IMG/VR virus record: IMGVR_UViG_3300011337_000244 | Span: 1 to 29,310 of that record | Source of the DNA: a virus | Taxonomy: Duplodnaviria; Caudoviricetes | DNA: 29,310 nt | Strand: one strand, 5' to 3' | Shown: positions 1 to 7,279 of the stretch, piece after piece | Layout: each line of letters starts with the position of its first letter | Position numbering within the stretch: position 1 is the first letter of the stretch | The notes under the pieces: generated by a model | What the model was told of the DNA's origin: nothing | Database searches by the model: none | The model's input: the letters and a program-made list of their open reading frames with translations, nothing else | Program-made: the position numbers and the translations under genes

Positions 1-296
1 TTTTCCCACACCCGCACGCAGTCCGTCCGATTCATGAGCCATTCAATGGGGGACTCGTCTTTTGAATCCCCCCCGTCAATGAAACCGTAGTCCGTTGCCG
101 CAGCAAGGGCCGACGGGTACTCGGCCCATTCACAGCAAATGGCGATGGGATCAAGTTCTAGCTCGGTGTCGGTGTCTTCCTCCCAACGTTCAAGGTATTC
201 GAAAAGTGCGTAAAGTGCGGTGCGGCTGAATTGGGATTCCCGGCCGCATGCGCGGAAGGAATCAACGAAGGTATACTGTGTTATTATGGTTTTCAT
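1..296 (-). CDS. Conserved phage hypothetical protein, 3' end truncated by window edge
   Basis: Hand translation from ATG at 296: MKTIITQYTFVDSFRACGRESQFSRTALYALFEYLERWEEDTDTELELDPIAICCEWAEY..., open to base 1. The acidic FS..AL.ALF.YLE...E.ELD.IA.CC pattern resembles a recurring phage early-gene family (from memory). Not in the ORF track. Confidence 0.8.
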   Translation of the reverse strand, partial: MKTIITQYTFVDSFRACGRESQFSRTALYALFEYLERWEEDTDTELELDPIAICCEWAEYPSALAAATDYGFIDGGDSKDESPIEWLMNRTDCVRVWE

Positions 297-363
297 GATG
301 TTTGAATCGGGCAACGATTGCCCGCCAGATGCTGCCGGTTTCCCGACAGCACCGGACGGGGAA
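297..363 (-). promoter_or_regulatory. Structured intergenic leader: long GAAA-tetraloop hairpin overlapping a 7-bp hairpin
   Basis: Minus strand reads cccgtccgg-tgctgtcgg-GAAA-ccggcagca-tctggcggg, then cgggcaa-tcg-ttgcccg (308-324), 11 nt before the ATG at 296. Confidence 0.6.
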
Positions 364-984
364 TCAATGCGCGTCAATCGCTCGCCCCTGACGGGCAAGG
401 TCGAAACAATCAAACCGTTTGAACAAGTCCTTGAACCGATCCCATTGCCACTCGGACGGAGGACGAACCGGTTCGAGTTCCCCGGACTCGGACACCGCGC
501 AAAGGACTGGAGTGATTCGAATCGAAGAAATCAAAGCCTGAGATTCGACGTTGAACGCGAAGTCAGGACACCAGTGTCCGAGTGGTCCGCCGATGGTTCC
601 CATGGTGTTTGAGGTGTCGAATCCTGCGCCGATTGAATCTAGGAAGCGAAAAGTGGTTTGACGATCGAAAAGCCCGGACATTTGAACGTCTGAGATGCAA
701 GCCCAGAAAGCTTCGCCTCCGAACTTCTCTTTGAGCTTGCGGCAGATCTGAAAGCGCGTCTCGCCTCGGGCATCATCCAGACGATCTAGGATTTCGCGGG
801 AAAGCGAACCTTCGCGGGCTAGATAGGAATATTCGGAGTCGAATGGTTCCGAGGGTTCAACTTCGCCGCCCGGCCAATGGCGGATAACATCGGAAAGAGT
901 GGTTTCGCACGGCCACCATTCGGACAAATCGGGATGTTCACCTGAGAAGCTGGCGACGATTGAAAAGCCGAGGCGGTATTTCAA
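364..984 (-). CDS. Hypothetical protein (206 aa), probable TTG start
   Basis: Same frame as track ORF 364..1197. GGAGGT precedes TTG at 984, and that TTG overlaps the TGA of the upstream small ORF. Protein (M)KYRLGFSIVASFSGEHPDLSEWWP... Confidence 0.7.
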   Translation of the reverse strand: MKYRLGFSIVASFSGEHPDLSEWWPCETTLSDVIRHWPGGEVEPSEPFDSEYSYLAREGSLSREILDRLDDARGETRFQICRKLKEKFGGEAFWACISDVQMSGLFDRQTTFRFLDSIGAGFDTSNTMGTIGGPLGHWCPDFAFNVESQALISSIRITPVLCAVSESGELEPVRPPSEWQWDRFKDLFKRFDCFDLARQGRAIDAH

Positions 985-1094
985 AGGACACCTCCGACGA
1001 GAAGTTCCGCAACGCAGAACGCAAGGGCACCAAGGACGAGAGCCGCAAGCGCAAGAAACGCTACGGCTTGGAATAGGTTTTTGAGGGATTTCAT
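981..1094 (-). CDS. Small membrane protein (37 aa)
   Basis: MKSLKNLFQAVAFLALAALVLGALAFCVAELLVGGVL*: basic N-terminus plus one hydrophobic helix; A/C-rich leader (cctacaaaATG); stop overlaps the next start. Confidence 0.65.
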   Translation of the reverse strand: MKSLKNLFQAVAFLALAALVLGALAFCVAELLVGGVL

Positions 1095-1153
1095 TTTGTA
1101 GGCTGGCCACAATGGCCAGAATGGAACCTTCCCAACGGGAAGGCTCTATCTGG
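1095..1153 (-). promoter_or_regulatory. Structured intergenic leader: long hairpin overlapping a 7-bp hairpin
   Basis: Minus strand reads ccaga-ta-gagccttccc-gtt-gggaaggttc-cat-tctgg, overlapping ctggcca-ttg-tggccag (1103-1119), 8 nt before the ATG at 1094. Confidence 0.6.
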
Positions 1154-1483
1154 TCACAGCGGGGTGATTCGTGCCGCAACGCATAGTTGATGATCATGCG
1201 TTCCGGTGTCGTGATCGTAATGGTAGTAAATCAGCCAATCTCCGGGTGGAAGTCCGTCGTTTTCTTTGAAACGCACGAACAACATACACCAGCAATCGGT
1301 GTCGTCGCCTGACAGGATTTCATGGCCACCGTGATGGGATGAGGTAACTCCCGGAACCCAGTCGGGTGTCGGGCTAATGGTTGCAATGGGAACGAAAGTT
1401 CCGGGACGAACCCATCCTACGTTCGTGAATGAGGCGAACGGGTGTTCCGTCGTTTCGGTCGTTACTGGTGTTTGAAATGTCAT
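1154..1483 (-). CDS. Hypothetical protein (109 aa), first gene of the leftward unit
   Basis: Track ORF MTFQTPVTTE...; AGGTG 5 nt before the ATG; fills the space up to the divergent intergenic region. Confidence 0.7.
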   Translation of the reverse strand: MTFQTPVTTETTEHPFASFTNVGWVRPGTFVPIATISPTPDWVPGVTSSHHGGHEILSGDDTDCWCMLFVRFKENDGLPPGDWLIYYHYDHDTGTHDHQLCVAARITPL

Positions 1484-1575
1484 GGAGTCACCTATTTATA
1501 ACCCTTCTCTACTCGGTACAACTAAATCTGAGAAAATGTGGCCAAGTGGCCTTTTCTAGGGGTGAAGTGCTGGCC
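1484..1575. promoter_or_regulatory. Divergent promoter region
   Basis: Lies between diverging genes. Minus strand has TTGTAC...TATAAAT-like elements; imperfect inverted repeat agaaaa(tgt)ggcc-aagt-ggcc-ttttct at 1531-1556. Confidence 0.4.
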
Positions 1576-2019
1576 ATGGCCAAGGGTAAGACAAAGGAAG
1601 TCCAAGCGGATAAGACAGTCAATGTCCAAGGGGGAAATGGGGGGAAAGGGAAGGTGGGGAGGCCACTGAAAGTGCTTTCGACTGAGACCACAAAAAAAGC
1701 CATTGAAGCAGCAAAGCTTGGAATCCCATTGGACCGAATAGCTATTGGTTGCGGTTATTGGAACAACGGAAGTGGTTGGCAAGCTTATCTGGTTAGAAAC
1801 CCAAAGTTTGCCAGTGAGCTAGAACAAGCCCGGTTCGAAGGCGAGCTAGAACTCACTAGCGTAGTGCGTCAATGCGGCAATGGCTGGCAAGGTTCCGCAT
1901 GGTTACTCGAACGTACTCGAGGCTACGTAGCCCGCGCATCGCTCGAGCACACTGGCAAAGGTGGTAAGGAGTTAAGCGTTAGCGGTAATCTACTAGGTGC
2001 ATTCGGCGGGCAGAAGTAA
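1576..2019 (+). CDS. terS: Terminase small subunit
   Basis: MAKGKTKEV...GRPLK...; HTH-like segment and GWQGSAWLLER motif typical of TerS-like proteins; directly upstream of terL. Start placed at ATG 1576. Confidence 0.75.
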   Translation: MAKGKTKEVQADKTVNVQGGNGGKGKVGRPLKVLSTETTKKAIEAAKLGIPLDRIAIGCGYWNNGSGWQAYLVRNPKFASELEQARFEGELELTSVVRQCGNGWQGSAWLLERTRGYVARASLEHTGKGGKELSVSGNLLGAFGGQK

Positions 2020-2068
2020 TACAATAGCTATGGTAATAGCGGTACTACAATAGCGGCTATGGTAATAG
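2020..2068 (+). repeat. Short direct repeats (4 x AATAG core)
   Basis: tacaatagc at 2020 and 2046; gctatggtaatag at 2027 and 2056; AATAG at 2023, 2035, 2049 and 2064. Confidence 0.8.
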
Positions 2069-2144
2069 GACAACGGGGGCGGGGGACCACCCAGGAGGGG
2101 GGTGGCTGTTACCTATACCCCCCATCCGCACCCAACCCAAATTT

Positions 2145-3680
2145 ATGAGTGTCAAGCAAATTAAACGCAAGAAATCCCCTTCACTAGGAATGGGGTCGCA
2201 TATCCCTGCTTGGAAGCAGCGTAAGCTCCTGGAGGAGGCACAACATTTGGCCAACTTCCCTAAGATGATGCTAGGGCTTCGCGATGTGTACCCGTGGCAG
2301 GAGAAGGTGCTGGGAGCGTTGAACGAGAAGCATTCCAAGGTAGCTCTTAAGGCTGCGAATGGTTCGGGCAAGACGAGCATGGTGGCGGCGAGCGCGGTGG
2401 TCTGGCACATGCTTCGCTGGCCTGGGAGCCTTGTGGTGTGTACGGCTGGTGTGTACCGACAGGTGGCCGATGCTCTATGGCCGCACTTGCGGAAGATGAT
2501 CAATGGATTGGGAGGCGAGGAGAATGGATTCTCGATCAAGGATGGCGAGATCCGGTATGTGTACCCAAAGAAGGTGGATGGCCAAGAGCTGGTGAGTAGG
2601 TGCATAGGGTTCAGTGCCAGTAACCCTGAGAAGGCGGAGGGCTGGCATGTGCAGGGTCCGAGCAATGATTTGCTGTATATTGTGGATGAGGCGAAGGCGG
2701 TGCCGGACGGGATCTTCCAGTCGATGGAACGGTGCCAGCCAACGAGAACGCTGCTGATGAGTAGCCCTGGTGGGAGCAGCGGCTATTTCTACGATGTGTT
2801 CCGGCGCAATGACGGGAAGTGGAATACGTTCACGGTGACGGCTTTTGATTGTCCGCATATCCGGAAGGAGTGGATTGATGATCAGTTCGCCAGATGGGGC
2901 GAGGGGCATCCGCTGGTGAGATCGATGATCTATGCGGAGTTCATGGAGGACGATGGGAGTTTGACGGCGGTGAAGACGATCGATTGGCAGAGGGTGGTTA
3001 GTGGCCCACCTAAAGAGGATACGGAGGGTCAGCCATTGACCGCGGGCTGTGATTTCTCAGCCGGCGGCGATGAGAGTGTGCTGGTGATTCGCCAGGGTAA
3101 TACGGTTAAGGGGCTGGTGCGGTGGAGGGATAAGGACACGATGGCCAGTGTGGGTAGGTTCATAGCGGAGTTCCGCAAATGGAATCTGAAGGCTGCGGAT
3201 ATCTATGCGGATGTGGGCGGCATGGGGGTGGTGATGTGTGATGCGCTCCGCTCTGAGGGTTGGGATGTGCGGCGGGTGAACTTCGGGGAGCGGGCCATTC
3301 GGGATGATCAGTTCGTGAATAGGGCGGCGGAGATGTGGATTGAGTTCGGGCGGATGGTGGAGGAAGCGAAGGTGAATCTTGGGCCGGTGGGAACGGACGA
3401 GATTCTGTTGCAGCAGTTCGTGAGCAGGAAGGTGCGGACTAATGGCAAGGGGAAGCTGACGCTGGAGGGTAAGGACGAGTTACGGTCCCGCGGGGTGAAC
3501 AGTCCGGATCGGGCGGATGCTATGGTGCTGGCGTTTTGCGGTGGTGGCGGGAAGCGGATGGATGAGTACCTGAAAGCGTTGGGCGAGGATGGAAGGAGCT
3601 TGCTTGAAAGGATGGAGGATGAGATAGGTCCGGTGGAGGAAACTGGGTCTCCGCTTGCTGGATGCGAGGTTGGCGGGTAG
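2145..3680 (+). CDS. terL: Terminase large subunit
   Basis: YPWQ adenine-binding motif, Walker A AANGSGKT, Walker B YIVDEA, motif C MSSPGG, RNase H-like nuclease GCDFSAGGDES...SPDRADA. Confidence 0.96.
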   Translation: MSVKQIKRKKSPSLGMGSHIPAWKQRKLLEEAQHLANFPKMMLGLRDVYPWQEKVLGALNEKHSKVALKAANGSGKTSMVAASAVVWHMLRWPGSLVVCTAGVYRQVADALWPHLRKMINGLGGEENGFSIKDGEIRYVYPKKVDGQELVSRCIGFSASNPEKAEGWHVQGPSNDLLYIVDEAKAVPDGIFQSMERCQPTRTLLMSSPGGSSGYFYDVFRRNDGKWNTFTVTAFDCPHIRKEWIDDQFARWGEGHPLVRSMIYAEFMEDDGSLTAVKTIDWQRVVSGPPKEDTEGQPLTAGCDFSAGGDESVLVIRQGNTVKGLVRWRDKDTMASVGRFIAEFRKWNLKAADIYADVGGMGVVMCDALRSEGWDVRRVNFGERAIRDDQFVNRAAEMWIEFGRMVEEAKVNLGPVGTDEILLQQFVSRKVRTNGKGKLTLEGKDELRSRGVNSPDRADAMVLAFCGGGGKRMDEYLKALGEDGRSLLERMEDEIGPVEETGSPLAGCEVGG

Positions 3681-3698
3681 GAAGAGGGGTATACATTT

Positions 3699-5603
3699 AT
3701 GATGAGCGACAAACAGCGGAATTCGTTGCAGGGCCAGATTGTTGAGGCTGTTGCCCAGCGAAGCCCGTGGGAGATAAGGCAGACGCGGTGGTATGAGTTA
3801 CGCCATCACGGGTTGCGACGTACCAATAAGCCCTGGCCCAAGGCCGCGGATCTGCATTGGCCGCTCATTGATACGGCGATCGAGAAGCTCAAGCCGCTGT
3901 TCCTCCAGCAGGCGTTGGGCATGGATGTTGTGGCCAGCTTTGTTCCGATGCGCCAGCAGTTGAATGCGTATACGAAGGTGGCTGAGGACTGGTTCAACTA
4001 TAAGATTCGGGACAAGACCAACTTCACGGATGAAGTCTTGAGCTGGGTGGATTACACGCTGATGAGCGGGCGCGGGGTGATCAAGTGCTTCTGGAACCCC
4101 GGTGATAAGCGGGTGGGGTTTGAGGCGATTGACCCGATGTATTTCATTGTGCCGGCATACACCGTGGATTTGCAGGATGCAGATTGGGCTGTGCATGTGA
4201 TGCCGATGAGTGTGGGGGCGTACAAGCGGATGGCTGGGCAGTTCGGGTGGAAGAGCGATTCCAAGACGATCGAGAAGATTCGGGGTAATCCGCAGCAGGA
4301 CGATAACGTCCCGGGGGCAGCGACCGAGGAAGACGCAAAGCAACTTCGCGAGGGTATCACTTACACGAGCAATACCGATGGGGTGATTGTGTGGGAGGTG
4401 TACAAGAAGCGGGATGACGGGGTGTGGGAGGTTTACCTGTATAGCCCCGCGGCAGTGGATCTCGATCTGCGGGATCCGATGGAGTTGCCATATGATCATG
4501 GCCAATGTCCCTTCGTGGACTTCCCGTATGAGATCAAGGACAAGGGATGGTTCAGCCCGCGGGGCGTGTGCGAGATCTTGGCTCCGTTCGAGCTATCCAT
4601 GACCTCGATGTGGAACCACAAACATGATGCGATGACGCTGTATAATCGCCCGCTATTCCGAGCGGAACGAGAGCTGCCGAACAGTATCAACTTGCGGTTC
4701 TCGCCCGGGCAAATCTTGCCGTATGGCGTGGCCCCGGTCCAGATGCCGCAGCCCCCGGTGAGCTTTGATCAGGAGCTGAACCAGACTCGGGCGGTCGCGG
4801 AGAACCGGATCGGTAGTCCGGATTACGCGATGGGCAGTGTGATGAGCGGGGGCAGTGACCGGCGGACGGCGACCGAGATCCAGAGTATCAATGCTCAGGC
4901 GATGCAGAGTGGGGATCTGCGGGCGCGACTATTCCGCATGGCACTAGGCAAGATGTACCGGCAAGCTTGGGGACTTTATGTTCAGTATGATTCCAAGAGT
5001 TTACGATATCGATTTGCCGAGGACTCGCTGGATGCGGATCCGGTGGCATTGCACGATCAATATGAGCTGGAACCGAAGGGCGGTATGGACATGGTCAGCC
5101 GGCAGATGATGGTTCAGCAGGCCATTAACCGTAAGCAACTGTTCCAGAACAGCCCCTGGGTCGATCAGGTGGAGCTGGATAAGAGCATCATGGAGCTGGA
5201 TGACCCGAGCCTGATCAAAAAACTGATACGGGATCCAGGTCAGAAGCAGCAGGATGAGCTTGAGGACGAGACCAAGACGATCCCGACACTGCTAATCGGC
5301 ATCCCGGTACCGGCTAAACCGGGTCAGAACTTCGCGGGCCGTATCGGTGTGCTGATGCAGTACCTGAATGGGGCGATCCAGCAGGGTCAGCAGTTCAGTC
5401 CGGCCTCCAAGAATGCGTTTATGGTGCGTATTGACAGCCTGTTGCAGGGGTACGAGCAGGTGGCGACCAATGAAGCGCGGAAATTGCGGGCTGAGATCCA
5501 GAAGTTCCTGACCAGCAGCGGTTTGTTGCAGCAGCAGCAGCCCCAAATGCCAATGCCGCCCGCCGTACCGGAGCCGCAGATGGCCCAGCCTCCCGTTCAA
5601 TAA
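3699..5603 (+). CDS. Portal (head-tail connector) protein
   Basis: 634 aa immediately after terL; GRGVIKCFW, PFVDFPYE..GWFSPRGV and RTATEI motifs and a Q/P-rich tail typical of podovirus portals. Confidence 0.9.
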   Translation: MMSDKQRNSLQGQIVEAVAQRSPWEIRQTRWYELRHHGLRRTNKPWPKAADLHWPLIDTAIEKLKPLFLQQALGMDVVASFVPMRQQLNAYTKVAEDWFNYKIRDKTNFTDEVLSWVDYTLMSGRGVIKCFWNPGDKRVGFEAIDPMYFIVPAYTVDLQDADWAVHVMPMSVGAYKRMAGQFGWKSDSKTIEKIRGNPQQDDNVPGAATEEDAKQLREGITYTSNTDGVIVWEVYKKRDDGVWEVYLYSPAAVDLDLRDPMELPYDHGQCPFVDFPYEIKDKGWFSPRGVCEILAPFELSMTSMWNHKHDAMTLYNRPLFRAERELPNSINLRFSPGQILPYGVAPVQMPQPPVSFDQELNQTRAVAENRIGSPDYAMGSVMSGGSDRRTATEIQSINAQAMQSGDLRARLFRMALGKMYRQAWGLYVQYDSKSLRYRFAEDSLDADPVALHDQYELEPKGGMDMVSRQMMVQQAINRKQLFQNSPWVDQVELDKSIMELDDPSLIKKLIRDPGQKQQDELEDETKTIPTLLIGIPVPAKPGQNFAGRIGVLMQYLNGAIQQGQQFSPASKNAFMVRIDSLLQGYEQVATNEARKLRAEIQKFLTSSGLLQQQQPQMPMPPAVPEPQMAQPPVQ

Positions 5604-5606
5604 GCT

Positions 5607-5909
5607 ATGACCTGCAAAGATTGCCGATATCGAGCCTCCGACAAGACCTGCCGGCGGTTTCCGCCTACCAGTAGGCCAACTTGCTGGCCCACTGTGCTGG
5701 ATTTCGATTGGTGCGGAGAATTTTACGCTATGACCGCTATTATTGTGGAGCCTCAGCCCGTTTTGACCTCGATTCCGGTGCAATCCCAGCCCCAAGCTCC
5801 GTTAATGGAGCAGCTTGAGGAGGGTGTGGCACCGAAGATCAGGTTTCAGAAGGCTAAGAGGCAGGAGAACATCAAGGAGTTGCAGGATTCACCGCTATTC
5901 CAATCTTGA
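5607..5909 (+). CDS. Small Cys-motif (putative metal-binding) protein
   Basis: CKDC...CRRFPP...WPTV...DWCGEF pattern followed by a low-complexity tail; tightly packed after the portal gene. Confidence 0.75.
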   Translation: MTCKDCRYRASDKTCRRFPPTSRPTCWPTVLDFDWCGEFYAMTAIIVEPQPVLTSIPVQSQPQAPLMEQLEEGVAPKIRFQKAKRQENIKELQDSPLFQS

Positions 5910-5910
5910 T

Positions 5911-5928
5911 ATGGCCGAGTACCAATGA
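5911..5928 (+). pseudogene. Five-codon minigene MAEYQ*, possible deletion remnant
   Basis: ATG GCC GAG TAC CAA TGA starts after a 1-nt gap behind the upstream stop; its TGA overlaps the next ATG (ATGA). Confidence 0.5.
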
Positions 5929-6248
5929 TCTCACTCATTTCACGAGTCCGCGCCGCATGGGCTTTTGGCCGGCATCAATGCTGGGTCGATGCGCTTCCTT
6001 GGAACAGGGATGACGCGACCACCCTCAATAACTTTTTCAAGAGCGAGACCGGAAAAAAGTTCAAGGACGCTCTCCTGAACACTGTTCTTATGCAGAACGC
6101 TTCTGCAATTACGGACAGAAACCATTTGCAATATTCCTCTGGATTTGCAATGGGTCAGGCCAGTCTTGTGAAGGTTATCGAGATGATGGCCGACCAGGAA
6201 TCAATTACGGGGCAGGAAGATGATCCAGATTCTGCCACGAACACATAG
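5925..6248 (+). CDS. Hypothetical protein between portal and scaffold
   Basis: 107-aa ORF in a tightly packed head operon; FFKSETGKKF...SGFAMGQ pattern like small pre-scaffold proteins. Confidence 0.8.
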   Translation: MISLISRVRAAWAFGRHQCWVDALPWNRDDATTLNNFFKSETGKKFKDALLNTVLMQNASAITDRNHLQYSSGFAMGQASLVKVIEMMADQESITGQEDDPDSATNT

Positions 6249-6304
6249 GATCAAAGTTGCGGTTGCTGCGTCTGTGCGGACCAGCAAACGAATAGAAGCA
6301 CAAT

Positions 6305-7261
6305 ATGTCAGATGAAACAATGAGTGCCGATGCGATGCTCGCTTTGGCCAATGATCACGATGCTGGTGTCGATATCGACAGCCAACCACGGGAGACGACT
6401 CAAAATAAAAACGAGTCAGCTTCGGTTGAGCAAGATTCCTCCAATGAGGGGAGTGCCAGTAAAGAGAACAATGACCGCGAGCAAGAGGATGTAGGCACGA
6501 GCAGTAAGTCAGAGAACGATTCCAAGGCCAAGCAGAAGGACGAAAAGCCAAAGGATCAGAAGAGCAAATTCGCCCAGGATCAGAATCGAAAGACCAAGAC
6601 CTGGGAACAAATCAACGCTGAGAAGGAGGCCATCAGGGCCGAGCGCGAGGCGGTGAGGCGTGAACGGGAAGAATGGAGCAAGCAACGGGAGCAATCCAGT
6701 GTTGCTGATACCAACTCTTTTCGGGACGAGAAGGGTTACACTGCGGAGGATTACGAGGCTGCGGCCAAGGAATTCGATGCGGATGGTGACTCTCAGTTGG
6801 CCAAAGCAGCGCGAGCTAAGGCTGATGGCGTCCGTAAAAGCGTGAGTGTGAAGCAGCAGCAAGTTCAGCAGGAACGCTTTACAAAGACCTGGGCAGATAA
6901 TTTCAACAAGTTGTCCGAGAAGGAGACTTGGCTGAAGGATCAGTCCACGCCGGAGTACAAGCGAACGGTTGAGTTGTTGCAGCGCATTCCGATTTTAACA
7001 ACGCTGCCGAATGGGTTGGCCCATGCGGTAGAATTGATGAAGCTCCAAGATACTGCGGGTCGATTTCAGTCTGTAGAAGCCGAGAATAAGTCTCTGAAAG
7101 AACAGCTCAATAAGCTCCAGCAGAAGACCGCCATTGGTAAAAGCGTTCCGGCAGGACAACTCAAGACCGAGGAGAAAGATTTCTCACGGTTATCCATGAA
7201 GGAGCAAAGGGATGCGCTCATGCGAGCGACACGAGAGTTCGACCGGGAAAGCAACCAATAG
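6305..7261 (+). CDS. Capsid scaffolding protein (putative)
   Basis: Acidic disordered N-terminus, charged coiled-coil, C-terminal helix; directly upstream of the capsid gene. Confidence 0.8.
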   Translation: MSDETMSADAMLALANDHDAGVDIDSQPRETTQNKNESASVEQDSSNEGSASKENNDREQEDVGTSSKSENDSKAKQKDEKPKDQKSKFAQDQNRKTKTWEQINAEKEAIRAEREAVRREREEWSKQREQSSVADTNSFRDEKGYTAEDYEAAAKEFDADGDSQLAKAARAKADGVRKSVSVKQQQVQQERFTKTWADNFNKLSEKETWLKDQSTPEYKRTVELLQRIPILTTLPNGLAHAVELMKLQDTAGRFQSVEAENKSLKEQLNKLQQKTAIGKSVPAGQLKTEEKDFSRLSMKEQRDALMRATREFDRESNQ

Positions 7262-7279
7262 CACAACCACAACTAAAAT

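Noticed and set aside
220-612. 130-aa plus-strand ORF
   Set aside because: Antisense to two better-supported minus-strand genes and spans their structured spacer.
985-1197. N-terminal extension of the 277-aa minus ORF
   Set aside because: Overlaps a 37-aa membrane ORF, a hairpin spacer and the upstream gene; a TTG with GGAGGT at 984 fits better.
1429-1575. Long N-terminal extension of TerS
   Set aside because: Crosses the divergent promoter region and the opposite-strand gene.
2020-2068. Possible CRISPR mini-array
   Set aside because: Repeats are 9-13 bp with no unique spacers of CRISPR length, and no cas genes are present.
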